Shown here one piece after another: positions 35,673 to 45,267 of a stretch of DNA of 47,950 nucleotides (within the stretch, counting starts at the first letter, position 1; each line of letters begins with the position of its first letter). The stretch covers positions 1 to 47,950 of IMG/VR virus record IMGVR_UViG_3300037721_000049; one strand, 5' to 3'. The notes below the pieces were generated by a model, which worked only from the letters and a program-made list of their open reading frames with translations, made no database searches and was not told where the DNA came from. Source of the DNA: a virus (lineage: Duplodnaviria; Caudoviricetes). Made by a program: the position numbers and the translations under genes.

Positions 35673-37066
35673 CCGATCACGATCCGCTGCTCGATCCCGA
35701 CACCGCCGCCGAGGATGACACCCACACGCCGCCGCACGACCCCGCCGCCGAACGGATGGTGCTCGCGGCATGCATATCGGACCCCGAGTCGTTCGCGCTC
35801 GTCGCCGACAAGCTCGAACTCGGCGACTTTTACCTCGAGCCGAATCGTTGGATCTATGAGGCGGTCTTGAAACTCACCGCGTCGGGCGCGGCGGTCGATA
35901 TCGTCTCCGTTGCCGGCAAGCTCCGCGACGATGGGCGGCTCAAGCAAATCGGCGATACCGAATACCTGGTCAATCTTTGCTATGACGTTCCCGCGGTCGG
36001 CGGCATCGAGGAGAAAGCGCGCCGCATCGTCGACTTTGCTCGGGCGCGTAAGCTCATCGCGACCGCGCACAAGATCGCCGCGGTCGGCTACTCGGTGCGG
36101 GGCGACGAGGTGCAATCGTACCTCGAGCAATCCGAGGGCGACGTGTTTGCCATCGTGCAAGGCTCGGAGACGCGCGACGTCGCATCGATGCACGACGTCC
36201 AGCAATCGGTGTATCAAAACCTCTTGCGCGCGGAGCTCCGGGGCGCGGGTAACGTCGACATGCCGACCGGCATCGCGCAGCTCGACAAGAAAATCGGCGG
36301 GCTCGGTCCGTCGCGTCTCACCGTCGTCGCCGCTCGCCCGTCGATGGGCAAGACGTCGCTTGTCACCGGATTCGCCGAAACGCTCGGCGCCCTCGGCAAG
36401 CTCGTATTGCTCTTTTCGCTCGAGATGCCGCGCGAGCAAGTCGGCGCCCGGATGGCATGCTGTCGCTCGGGCGCGAGCGTGCACCGGGCGCTCAACGGAT
36501 GGATGCTCGACCGCGAGCGCGCCGATTTCATTCATGCGCAAGACGACCTCGGGGCGCTCCCGATTTTCATCGACGACACACCGGGGATCTCCCTCGTGCA
36601 GATCCGCGCAAGGGCTCGGCGGATACAAGCCAAGCGCAAGGAGCCGATCGCGATGATCGCCGTCGACTATTTGCAACTCATGACGGCGGAGGTCTCCAAG
36701 GGCTCGACCCGCGAGCGTGAGATCGCATCGATCACCGCGGGGCTCAAGCGGCTCGCGCGCGAGCTCGAGTGCTCGATCGTCCTCCTCTCGCAACTCAATC
36801 GCGAGTGCGAGACGCGCGACGACAAGCGCCCTCGGCTCTCGGATTTGCGCGAGTCGGGCGCCATCGAGCAAGACGCCGACGACATCGTCTTTATCTATCG
36901 CGACGAGTGGTATCACGAGGCGACCGAGGACAAGGGGATCGCTGAGCTCATCGTCGGCAAACAGCGCAATGGTCCGACGGGCGTCGTTCGATGCGGCTTC
37001 GATGGCAAGTCGACAGCGTTTTACAATCTCTACCGCTCGCCGCAAGACGAGACCGAAGCCGCGTGA
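35669..37066 (+). CDS. dnaB: Replicative DNA helicase
   Basis: PPHDPAAE, AARPSMGKT, FSLEM, VDYLQL, LSQLNR, DLRESGAIEQDAD, KQRNGPTG. Confidence 0.95.
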   Translation: MTDHDPLLDPDTAAEDDTHTPPHDPAAERMVLAACISDPESFALVADKLELGDFYLEPNRWIYEAVLKLTASGAAVDIVSVAGKLRDDGRLKQIGDTEYLVNLCYDVPAVGGIEEKARRIVDFARARKLIATAHKIAAVGYSVRGDEVQSYLEQSEGDVFAIVQGSETRDVASMHDVQQSVYQNLLRAELRGAGNVDMPTGIAQLDKKIGGLGPSRLTVVAARPSMGKTSLVTGFAETLGALGKLVLLFSLEMPREQVGARMACCRSGASVHRALNGWMLDRERADFIHAQDDLGALPIFIDDTPGISLVQIRARARRIQAKRKEPIAMIAVDYLQLMTAEVSKGSTREREIASITAGLKRLARELECSIVLLSQLNRECETRDDKRPRLSDLRESGAIEQDADDIVFIYRDEWYHEATEDKGIAELIVGKQRNGPTGVVRCGFDGKSTAFYNLYRSPQDETEAA

Positions 37067-37077
37067 AAGGGGAAGCC

Positions 37078-37554
37078 ATGAGCAAGCAAGCCGCCGAGGC
37101 AAAGCTATACGAGACCGAGGAGCGCCCGATGTCCGACGAGGATCGCAAGAATGTCGGCGACGAGCTCGCCGAGGTCGAGCAACAGATCCGCGCGGTCGAG
37201 GATGAAAAGCGGAGCGTCAATGCGGTGTATACGGGGCGAATCAAAAAGCTCAAGACGCGCGTCGACTCGCTCTCGCGGCAATGGATCGACGGCGTCATCG
37301 AGGTTCAATTCGAGGTCGTCGAGGAGCATGACGATCACCGGCTCATGGTCGACGTCGTGCGCAAAGACAACGGGCGCAAGATCACGACCAGGCAAATGAC
37401 CGAGCCCGAGAAAGAGGCGGCTCGCAAGCGCCGACAAGTCGCGATACCGGGCACCGAGGATGGCGTCGTCGATGACGCATACGTGCCTCGCAACGCGGCA
37501 ACCTCACCGGGCACGCCGCGCGCGAAGAGAGCCAAGGGCAAGGCGGCGCGATGA
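37078..37554 (+). CDS. Hypothetical protein
   Basis: AAAGGGGA RBS; coiled coil. Confidence 0.55.
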   Translation: MSKQAAEAKLYETEERPMSDEDRKNVGDELAEVEQQIRAVEDEKRSVNAVYTGRIKKLKTRVDSLSRQWIDGVIEVQFEVVEEHDDHRLMVDVVRKDNGRKITTRQMTEPEKEAARKRRQVAIPGTEDGVVDDAYVPRNAATSPGTPRAKRAKGKAAR

Positions 37555-37838
37555 AAACCAATCCTGTTACGGGAGACCGACGGCTCGAGCTCGGCGACGT
37601 TGCGCGCGACACGATCACCGGATTCGAGGGGGTCGTCATCGCGGAAACGAAATGGCTCCATGGATGCCGGCGGCTCATGCTGCAACCGCGCGCGTTGCAC
37701 GAGGGCAAACCGATCGATGCGGTGTCGTTCGATGAGCCTCAACTCGCATACGTCGAGATCGCGTGCGTCGACGGAGTGCCGGTCGAGGGTACTGCCGACA
37801 CCGGCGGACCGCGACCCGAGCCGAGGCGCGGGCGATGA
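37551..37838 (+). CDS. Hypothetical phage protein
   Basis: LGDVARDTITGFEGVV...FDEPQL. Confidence 0.6.
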   Translation: MKTNPVTGDRRLELGDVARDTITGFEGVVIAETKWLHGCRRLMLQPRALHEGKPIDAVSFDEPQLAYVEIACVDGVPVEGTADTGGPRPEPRRGR

Positions 37839-38188
37839 GACTCGGGCTCATCCTCCTCGCGCTCGCCCTCGTCGCATGCGGGCGCGGATACAGTACGGGC
37901 GACCGCGTCGGCGTCGTCGTGAAATTCAGCGCCAAGGGGTACGTTTTCAAATCGTGGGAGGGTGAGCTCAACCTCGGCGGCATGCGCGCCCTCGACGCGA
38001 GCACCGTCGCAAACGTTTGGGCATTCTCGGTGCGCGATCCGCGGGTCGTCGCCATGGTGACCGATGCGCTCAAGACCGGCTCACCGGTCGCGCTCCGATA
38101 CGAGCAATGGATGGTGCGCCCGATATCGATCGACACCGATTACGAGATCATCGACGTGCATGCGCGGAAAAAGGAGGTCGTGCAATGA
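37835..38188 (+). CDS. Lipoprotein
   Basis: LALALVAC lipobox; YSTGDRVG...KFSAKG..FKSWEGEL. Confidence 0.65.
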   Translation: MRLGLILLALALVACGRGYSTGDRVGVVVKFSAKGYVFKSWEGELNLGGMRALDASTVANVWAFSVRDPRVVAMVTDALKTGSPVALRYEQWMVRPISIDTDYEIIDVHARKKEVVQ

Positions 38189-38481
38189 GCGACGAGCGAT
38201 ACATTTTCGATCTGGTCGAGCTCGAGGACATCCGCGCTCGCGATGCCGCGACGGAATATGACATCACGACGCTACACCCCGACGACGCCCGAGCGCACGA
38301 GGATCGGCATACGCTCCTACGCATCGTCGACGAGCTCCGCGTCAAGCTCGCTGCGCTGGATGCGTATGGCGCCGCATGCGTGAAACAGGTTAGCGACCGG
38401 TGGGAGGCGGCGTTTGATGCCGAGCGGGCGCGCGCCGACGCCGCCGAAGCCGAGAGCGACGAAGCGGAGGGGGAATCATGA
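38185..38481 (+). CDS. Hypothetical protein
   Basis: AAGGAGG RBS; ATGA overlap. Confidence 0.55.
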   Translation: MSDERYIFDLVELEDIRARDAATEYDITTLHPDDARAHEDRHTLLRIVDELRVKLAALDAYGAACVKQVSDRWEAAFDAERARADAAEAESDEAEGES

Positions 38482-38669
38482 GCGACGAGGTCGACGACGG
38501 TCGGAGGGCAGTTACCGAATCGATGCGCGCGGAGGGGCGGGCGCTCATCGCGATCGCGGATGCTCTCGAGGGGATCGAGCGCGAGCAAGCGATTCGGATC
38601 TTGCGAGCGTCGGCAATTCTCCTCGATGTTGACCTCGCATGCGTCGGACTCCAGGAGCGCCGCAAATGA
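38478..38669 (+). CDS. Hypothetical protein
   Basis: GGAGGGGG RBS; overlap coupling. Confidence 0.5.
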   Translation: MSDEVDDGRRAVTESMRAEGRALIAIADALEGIEREQAIRILRASAILLDVDLACVGLQERRK

Positions 38670-38962
38670 CCGAGCCCATCGCCGCTCGGCTGCATTGCCC
38701 CGAATGCGACGCGCGCCATATCGACCAGGGCGAGTGGAAAACGCGCCCGCATCGCCGGCACCAATGCGAGCGGTGCCGGTTTCGATGGATCGTCGAGCCG
38801 CCTTGTTACGGGGCGAGCGACGAGGAGCTCGGCTGTCGCCGGATCGTCGGCGTCGATCGCGCGTGCGGCGCGGATGCGACCGGAATGGTCCGGTTGTCGT
38901 GCGAGGCGTGTTGGCCAGATGGCAAGCGATGCACTCACCTTGGGCAATCGGAGGACGAATGA
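38666..38962 (+). CDS. Zn-finger protein
   Basis: CPEC...HID...PHRRHQCERC. Confidence 0.55.
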   Translation: MTEPIAARLHCPECDARHIDQGEWKTRPHRRHQCERCRFRWIVEPPCYGASDEELGCRRIVGVDRACGADATGMVRLSCEACWPDGKRCTHLGQSEDE

Positions 38963-39120
38963 ATCCGCGGCGTCGTCGTCACAAGCGCATGCGGCGCAAG
39001 GATCCCATCGTCGCCCTCATCCGCGCCAAGCGTGAGGTCGCGACCCTCGACGTCAACGTCGCTGTACCGGGTCGAATCGATCGCGTCTCCGTCTCTGTCA
39101 AGCTCGAGGAGGACAAGTGA
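38959..39120 (+). CDS. Small basic hypothetical protein
   Basis: GGAGG RBS; coupled on both sides. Confidence 0.45.
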   Translation: MNPRRRRHKRMRRKDPIVALIRAKREVATLDVNVAVPGRIDRVSVSVKLEEDK

Positions 39121-39647
39121 GACGGGTTTTAGGAATCGACCCCGGTACCAAAAAGCACGGATGGTGCCTCGTCGACGTCACGATCGCGTCGGCGCCGATT
39201 TGGGTGCAAGGCGGATGGTCCGAGGATCCATGCGCGCTCCTCGACACCTATGAATCGGAGTCGGGCATGCTCGTCGTCGTCGAGCAACCTCGCGCGCTCC
39301 ATAACCCGATGGCGAACGTCATGGTCATCGAGACCGCGTGGGAGGGCGGCGAGGTGTACGGGTACGCTCGCAAGATCGGATTCGACCGGCTCAAGGTCGG
39401 TCCTCAAGAATGGCGAATCGGGCTCGTCGGCAACGCGAGGCGGGGCGAGAACGTCGATCACAAGGTCGAGGCGGAGCTCCGTCGCATCGTTCGACAGATG
39501 CCGCTGCGAACGTCGACGCACGCGAGGGACGCATGCGGGGTCGCGATCGTCGGTGCGCGGATCTGGCTTCGCGGGACCTACTCGACGGTGCGACCGATTC
39601 GGAGCGGGATTGAGGGAGGGAAACCGGTAAGGGGTACAGGTCTATAG
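39117..39647 (+). CDS. RuvC-like Holliday junction resolvase
   Basis: VLGIDPG, VVVE, PQEWR, HARDA. Confidence 0.75.
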   Translation: MRRVLGIDPGTKKHGWCLVDVTIASAPIWVQGGWSEDPCALLDTYESESGMLVVVEQPRALHNPMANVMVIETAWEGGEVYGYARKIGFDRLKVGPQEWRIGLVGNARRGENVDHKVEAELRRIVRQMPLRTSTHARDACGVAIVGARIWLRGTYSTVRPIRSGIEGGKPVRGTGL

Positions 39648-39907
39648 GGGCGGGCGATGGGGAATGTTGTCAATCGGGCGAGCGGAGGGGGAGGCAAATG
39701 AGTAAGACGGTATTCGGCGTCAAGCGGGTCGGCGCCCGCATACGCCTACAGATCGAATTGTCGACCGACGAGGATCCGACCCTCATCCGCCGACAGCATT
39801 GGGATCTGCCAGCGGGCGAGGCGCTCCTTATCGCCGCCGGTCTCATCACGGAAACGGTGCACGCAATGCGGAGCGTAGCGCGGGCTAAGCCGCTCTCGCG
39901 CGTGGGG

Positions 39908-40093
39908 TCAGAGCAACCGGACCGAGTGACCGGCGGCGGCGAGCATGAGGGCAAGGAGGGCGCACGCGAACATGATGCGACCGATGTCCTTGACCATGGG
40001 CGGGACTCCAAGCCGGCTCTCGGTGCGCAGGGGGAGCGACCACAGGATCAGCCCGACAAGGATCACGACGAGCAAGGGAACGGGGACAGCCAT
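39908..40093 (-). CDS. Small two-TM membrane protein
   Basis: MAVPVPLLVVILVGLILW...DIGRIMFACALLALML. Confidence 0.5.
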   Translation of the reverse strand: MAVPVPLLVVILVGLILWSLPLRTESRLGVPPMVKDIGRIMFACALLALMLAAAGHSVRLL

Positions 40094-40257
40094 GGGGCTT
40101 GATCGTACTTGGCACGCCGCGCTCCCGCCGCGAAAAAACATGCCCCCCCGGTGTAGGCAAAAATGCCGTCCGAGGCGGGCGCCTCGCGCGTTGATCATGA
40201 CCAATTACGCAAGGTGCACAGCATGAACGGAACGCACCGCACGAGATAGGCGACACC

Positions 40258-40845
40258 ATGCCTCAACCGTCACGCAAGACACCGCAACGAATCGCCCGCA
40301 TGGTCGACATGCACCGCGAGGGCGGTAGCGCGCGCGAGATCGCGGAGGAGCTCGGGGTCGCTCACGGGTCGATTATCAACTGGCTCCGCGACGCTGGCCT
40401 AAAACCTAACGGCGGTCACGGCGGGCGCAAGAGCCGCGAGCGGGTCTCGCCCGAGGGGGCGGCGATCGATCTCGCCGATATGCAAAAGCGGCTTGCCGAG
40501 TTTATGTCGCGCCCGCCGCCCAAGGATTTTCGCGAGGTGCTCGAGCAGTACCGCCGCGAGTTTGCGATCGCCGCCGGGTTCGTTGAGTACAACTTTGCCG
40601 AGGCGATGGCGGGGCGCTCGTCGATGGTCGAGCTCGACAAGGCGCAAAAGGTGCAAGACTACTACGCGACCCGGATCCGCGAGCTCACGCCGACGGAGGC
40701 ACCGGACCCCGCGACCGACCCCGCGAACGTCACCGCGGCGACGGAGACACGGCGCAAGCTCGAGCGGCTCGTCGAGTCGGCAGAGCAAACGTTCCGTTGC
40801 AAGTCGTGCGGCGGAGACCCGTACGGGAAAGGGGGGGCGCGATGA
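40258..40845 (+). CDS. HTH protein, candidate terminase small subunit
   Basis: SAREIAEELGVAHGSIINWLR; upstream of TerL; C-terminal CKSC. Confidence 0.5.
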   Translation: MPQPSRKTPQRIARMVDMHREGGSAREIAEELGVAHGSIINWLRDAGLKPNGGHGGRKSRERVSPEGAAIDLADMQKRLAEFMSRPPPKDFREVLEQYRREFAIAAGFVEYNFAEAMAGRSSMVELDKAQKVQDYYATRIRELTPTEAPDPATDPANVTAATETRRKLERLVESAEQTFRCKSCGGDPYGKGGAR

Positions 40846-41132
40846 CAATGGCAAAGGGCGGACCGATCGGGAACGGAGTCCCCGCGTGCGGTGACCGATC
40901 GCCGGATGGCGCGCACGCGTGCGTTTTCGGCTTTGGCCACTCGTGCCCGTATCACAGTCACTACCCGCACGCGTGGCGGCGCGGCGAATGGGTCGACCCC
41001 TACACCGCCGACGGTCTAGCGGCGCTCATGCGTGAGTCGGGGATGGCGACCAACCTCCTCGAGAGTGAACTCCGCGACACCGACGCGCTTGTGCTCGAGG
41101 CGCGCGGCGTCCCGAAAGGCGGCGACCGATGA
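40842..41132 (+). CDS. Hypothetical protein
   Basis: ATGA overlap; Cys/His-rich. Confidence 0.4.
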   Translation: MTMAKGGPIGNGVPACGDRSPDGAHACVFGFGHSCPYHSHYPHAWRRGEWVDPYTADGLAALMRESGMATNLLESELRDTDALVLEARGVPKGGDR

Positions 41133-41335
41133 GCACGCCGCGCAAGCTACACCCCCTCGTCGAATACGATAGTCCCGCCGGGCGGATCGTCTCCGCGCTC
41201 GTCGACGACCTCGCGGGGCGGCACCGGTTTCGGCAAGCCTGGTTTGCCATCGGCGCGAACGGGCAAAAGGAGATCGTCGAGCGATGGATCGCGCTCGTCG
41301 CCGATGGGTTGCCGCCCGAGGAGACCCCCTGGTGA
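41129..41335 (+). CDS. Hypothetical protein
   Basis: Overlap coupling. Confidence 0.45.
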   Translation: MSTPRKLHPLVEYDSPAGRIVSALVDDLAGRHRFRQAWFAIGANGQKEIVERWIALVADGLPPEETPW

Positions 41336-41592
41336 GCGACCGGAGTATCACCGCCGCGAGTCTCTATGCCCAAAGCGGTTACCGCCTGGTCGTCTTGCGG
41401 CACCTCGATCCGAAACTCGAGCGCGATCGATCCCGCGACGGTTCGTGCGTCAATCTGTCCGCCGTTGCGCGCAACGCCAAGCGGCTCGAGGAGGCGAGTC
41501 ACGCATGGGTTGACCATTCCGCCCGCCGCATCATTTGCCCGACGCATGTGTATGAGGCGCTCCGCCGCTCACTCCCCGACGGGCGCACATGA
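41332..41592 (+). CDS. Hypothetical protein
   Basis: GTGA and ATGA overlaps. Confidence 0.4.
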   Translation: MSDRSITAASLYAQSGYRLVVLRHLDPKLERDRSRDGSCVNLSAVARNAKRLEEASHAWVDHSARRIICPTHVYEALRRSLPDGRT

Positions 41593-43907
41593 CGTCGCCG
41601 GCGCACGACATCGATTTCGAAAAGCGGTACCAAGCCGCGAGCCAACGGGCGCGCGAATTCTCCGCGACCCTCGAGGGTCCGAGCCTCGCCGAGCGGATCG
41701 CCCATCTCCCGAAACGAATGCGCGACGCGGTCCTCGGCGAGCTCACGCCGCTCGAGCTCGCGCGGCTTCGTTACGATTGGGCGACATGGGCAAGACCGAA
41801 ACAGGATCCCGATCTGCCGCCGCATCGCACGCTCTTTCTCCTCGGCGGTCGCGGCGCGGGGAAAACAATCTCGGGCGCGAACCGGATCCGGCGGCGCGTC
41901 GAGGCGGGCGCGCGGAGCATTGCGATCGTCGGTCCCAAGTGGCGCGACATCGAGCGCTATCAGATCAACGGCGACGGCGCCTCCGATGGCGTGCTCACGG
42001 TTTTTCCGCCGCACAAGACGCCGAAATACAATTCAAACAAGGCGCTCGTCTTCTTCCATCGCCCCGAGTGTAGCGGTTGCGCGAGCCCCGAGGGTTGCGG
42101 CGGCGCGATCGCGTACGTCAACAGTGCCGAGGATCCCGAGCTCCGCGGTCCTAACCTCGATACGGTTTGGTGCCTCGTCGGCGAGACGATGATCACCATG
42201 GGGGACGGCTCGACGAAGCGGATCGACGCCATTCGTGCGGGCGATAAAGTCGCGACGCGCAAGGGTCCGAGGCGCGTCGCATGGGCGGGGCGCACGCGGA
42301 GAGACGCGCCGCTTTGGCGAGTGACAGCGTCGAACGGCGCCGAGCTCGTCGGTACCGGCGATCACGAGGTGCTGGCCAATGGAATATTTACGCGGATCAA
42401 AAACCTGAAAGAGGGAGACGAGCTATGCACCCTTCCGACGTTGCCGAATTCGACGGAAAGCGTTTCTGGTTTCGCCGCGACTACTTCCGAAATTCCGCCG
42501 GGCAACTCATGCACCGCGTCGTTTGGGCGCACTACCACGGACCGATCCCCGCCGGCGGCGTCATTCACCATCGCAACGGAGACAAGCGAGACAATCGGAT
42601 CGAAAACCTCGAGTTGCTCCCCGACCTCGAGCACCGACATTTGCACGGTCTCTATGGATGGGCTGGATGGGGAAGTGAGACCCGCGCCAAGCAAAAGCGC
42701 GAGCAATGGAAACGAATCCCCGCCGTCGAACGAACGTGCAAGCGATGCGGCGCCGCGTACCAAACGCGAAGCACCTACAGCAATTGGTGCGGCAAGACGT
42801 GTCGGATCGCGGCGCGCTACCACGGTGAAACGATTGGCATCCCTACCCGAGCACGATGACGTTTACGATTTGACGATCGAAGACGTGCCCGAGTTTTTCG
42901 CGAATGGGATCCTCGTGCACAATTGCGACGAGCCGGCAAAGTGGCGCTACCTCTCGACGATATGGTCAAACATCGAGCTCGCGACCAGGCTCCGCGGCGA
43001 CGTCCCGATCGAGATCATCGTCACCGGCACCCCTCGCCCGCTCCGTCTCTTTCGCGAGCTCATCGCCGACGAGGAGACGATCACGATCCTCATGTCGCAA
43101 TCCGAGAACGCCGCCAACCTCGATGCGTCGTACCTCGCGCGCATGAATCGAATCTATGGCGGCACGAGGCTCGGGCGGCAAGAGCTCGAGGGCGAGATCC
43201 TCTCGGACAATCCGGACGCGCTCTTTCAGGCATCGATCATCGACGGGACGCGGGTCGAGTTTCCGCCGATGCTCGAGGAGATCGCCGTCTCCGTCGACCC
43301 CGCCATCGCGCAAGGTGCCGACAACGACGAGACCGGGATCATTGCCGGCGGGCGCGACGCCGCGGGACAAATCTACATCCTTGCCGACGCGAGCATGCGC
43401 GCGAGCCCCGAAAAGTGGGGCGACGAGGTCATCAAGACGTGCAAACAACTCGAGTGCGATACCGTGGTCGGCGAGCGAAACCGCGGCGGCGACCTGGTCG
43501 CGGCGAACGTGCGCGCGGCAAAGGAACGTAAGAGCGGCGCCATGGCGTCGCGGGCGCTCAAGATCGTCGACGTCTACGCGACCCGGGGCAAGTACATCCG
43601 CGCCGAGCCGGTGAGCGCCCTACATGAGCGAGGCATGATTCATATCGTCGGTGTGATGCCCGAGCTCGAGGCGGAGCTCACCGAATGGAATCCAAAGATC
43701 GGCGGCGCGAGCCCGAACCGGCTCGATGCTTTCGTTTGGCTTGTCTGGCACCTCGCTCGGCTCGGCGAGGAGGAGCAACCGGACTATCACGTCGGTTTCA
43801 AGGGACTGCGGCAAGCTTCGGCGGCGCTCCGTTCGCCGGCACCGGCGTCGGCGTCGGGCTTGATTGCGTCGCATCTACCGCGGGCGGGATGGGGATCGAA
43901 ACTTTGA
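41589..43907 (+). CDS. terL: Terminase large subunit with intein
   Basis: Walker A GGRGAGKT; Walker B TVW|CDE split by the intein; VSVDPA, DETGII and NRLDAFVW nuclease motifs. Confidence 0.92.
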   Translation: MTSPAHDIDFEKRYQAASQRAREFSATLEGPSLAERIAHLPKRMRDAVLGELTPLELARLRYDWATWARPKQDPDLPPHRTLFLLGGRGAGKTISGANRIRRRVEAGARSIAIVGPKWRDIERYQINGDGASDGVLTVFPPHKTPKYNSNKALVFFHRPECSGCASPEGCGGAIAYVNSAEDPELRGPNLDTVWCLVGETMITMGDGSTKRIDAIRAGDKVATRKGPRRVAWAGRTRRDAPLWRVTASNGAELVGTGDHEVLANGIFTRIKNLKEGDELCTLPTLPNSTESVSGFAATTSEIPPGNSCTASFGRTTTDRSPPAASFTIATETSETIGSKTSSCSPTSSTDICTVSMDGLDGEVRPAPSKSASNGNESPPSNERASDAAPRTKREAPTAIGAARRVGSRRATTVKRLASLPEHDDVYDLTIEDVPEFFANGILVHNCDEPAKWRYLSTIWSNIELATRLRGDVPIEIIVTGTPRPLRLFRELIADEETITILMSQSENAANLDASYLARMNRIYGGTRLGRQELEGEILSDNPDALFQASIIDGTRVEFPPMLEEIAVSVDPAIAQGADNDETGIIAGGRDAAGQIYILADASMRASPEKWGDEVIKTCKQLECDTVVGERNRGGDLVAANVRAAKERKSGAMASRALKIVDVYATRGKYIRAEPVSALHERGMIHIVGVMPELEAELTEWNPKIGGASPNRLDAFVWLVWHLARLGEEEQPDYHVGFKGLRQASAALRSPAPASASGLIASHLPRAGWGSKL
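42171..42923 (+). mobile_element. Intein (251 aa) inserted in the TerL Walker B motif
   Basis: Starts CLVGETMI; TGDH block B; VYDLTI; ends FFANGILVHN followed by extein Cys. Confidence 0.9.
42425..42859 (+). CDS. HNH endonuclease nested out of frame inside the intein
   Basis: GAGGGAG RBS and ATG; MHRVVW...GPIP...IHHRNGDKRDNRIENL; CKRC/WCGKTC; own TGA. Confidence 0.8.
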   Translation: MHPSDVAEFDGKRFWFRRDYFRNSAGQLMHRVVWAHYHGPIPAGGVIHHRNGDKRDNRIENLELLPDLEHRHLHGLYGWAGWGSETRAKQKREQWKRIPAVERTCKRCGAAYQTRSTYSNWCGKTCRIAARYHGETIGIPTRAR

Positions 43908-45177
43908 GCTTCGGCGCGGTGACACCGTACCCCTTTGCCAAATCGTCGACGTACTCTTGCGTAACGTCGAATTGATTGCGGCGCGCTTTCTCGAGCGTCT
44001 CATGGAAAGCATTGTGCCGCTCGGCGAGCGACTTGCGTCGGGCGTCCTCGTCGTGATCGGGCATCATGAAAACCCGCTCGGGCGCGAGTGACGAGTCGCC
44101 GAAATTCACCGCCGCCCAAATGTCGATAACGCCCGTCTTGATGCCGCGTTGAATCGCCTTGAGCGATCCCTCGACGATGTCGTTTCGCACGCCGAACAGG
44201 TACCCGACCGCGTCGCCGCCGGCGCTCGACACGTTGATATCGTGCCCGAGGTAAACGCGATCCGCCGCCTTGTCGCCCGAGTCGATGATCTCCTTGAAAA
44301 TCTGCCACGCGGTCGAATTGTTCGTGAGGTAATCGAGGAGCGAGCCGAACGGTTTCACGCCGACGGGCGTGTCGGCGCTCGCGACCGCGCGGAGGAGCTC
44401 CATGAATGCTGCCGCCTCGGGCGTGAGCCTTCCCTCGCCGTCTTGCAAGGCGACGCCTTGCGGCATGGTCCCGATGACTTTCGCGTTGCCGTGAGTGTTG
44501 CTCGCTTTCGCGCGGTCCCGCACGCCGAATGCGTGATCCGCCCATAGGAGCGCGACGGCGATGATCGCGCCGTAGGTCCATGGCTCGACCTCATGTTGCT
44601 GGTAGATGACCCATCGCCCTTGCCCATGGACGATCGTTTCCTCCTCGTATCCCTCGACTTGGGTGCGAAACGCGCGGAGGTCCGAATCCCATCGCACATA
44701 TTCGATAGGCCATGCCTTGTGCTCGATGTCGACGCGCGTACCGTCCTCGCGCGGCGTCAACACATTCACGCCGAATGCAACGCCATGGTTTGCGAGCGTC
44801 CCGTCGATGTCGGCGAGTGTATCCGGATGGATCGCGATGCCGTTGGTTCCGAACAGTGCCTCCGCCTCGACGAGGACCTTTTTCGCGCGCGCGCTGTCGA
44901 CCGGCGCTTTCAACTCGATGGGCAATCCGGCTTGTGGCGCGAGGCGGTTGAGAAACGACGCGAAGATCGCGTAGTCGGTGCGGGTCGCCTTGACGAGCCG
45001 GGCGGCTTGCCGAAAGTCTCCGCGCATTTGGGCGTCTCGCGCCGCGCGGATGGCGTCGAGGTCCCACGCATGCAAGCCAATGGATTGCTTCGGGGGGCGA
45101 AGCTCGGCGGCAAGTCGCACCGTATCGAATTCGCTCGCCGCCCTCGTTTTTTTAGCTCGCTTTGACGGTGCGCCCAT
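43798..45177 (-). CDS. Portal protein (Mu gp29/DUF935-like), inverted orientation
   Basis: 459 aa between TerL and the protease; GGGAG RBS; KAWPIEYVRW, HGNAKVIG, RVYLGH. Confidence 0.65.
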   Translation of the reverse strand: MGAPSKRAKKTRAASEFDTVRLAAELRPPKQSIGLHAWDLDAIRAARDAQMRGDFRQAARLVKATRTDYAIFASFLNRLAPQAGLPIELKAPVDSARAKKVLVEAEALFGTNGIAIHPDTLADIDGTLANHGVAFGVNVLTPREDGTRVDIEHKAWPIEYVRWDSDLRAFRTQVEGYEEETIVHGQGRWVIYQQHEVEPWTYGAIIAVALLWADHAFGVRDRAKASNTHGNAKVIGTMPQGVALQDGEGRLTPEAAAFMELLRAVASADTPVGVKPFGSLLDYLTNNSTAWQIFKEIIDSGDKAADRVYLGHDINVSSAGGDAVGYLFGVRNDIVEGSLKAIQRGIKTGVIDIWAAVNFGDSSLAPERVFMMPDHDEDARRKSLAERHNAFHETLEKARRNQFDVTQEYVDDLAKGYGVTAPKLKVSIPIPPAVDATQSSPTPTPVPANGAPPKLAAVP

Positions 45178-45267
45178 CGTTCGCTCCCATGTCCGCCGTT
45201 AGGCGCTATCCATTGGCATCTTTAAACATGTTGCCTATGAGCAATTAAATGCGCCAATTTCATCGAT

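Noticed and set aside
35468-37102. 544-aa antisense ORF over dnaB (and similar long shadow ORFs elsewhere)
   Set aside because: Expected in high-GC coding DNA; no motifs, unlike the two HNH overprints.
39698-40102. 134-aa plus-strand ORF
   Set aside because: It has an RBS and its 5' part may be real, but the 3' half overlaps a more convincing minus-strand membrane gene and reads like a shadow frame; left uncalled.
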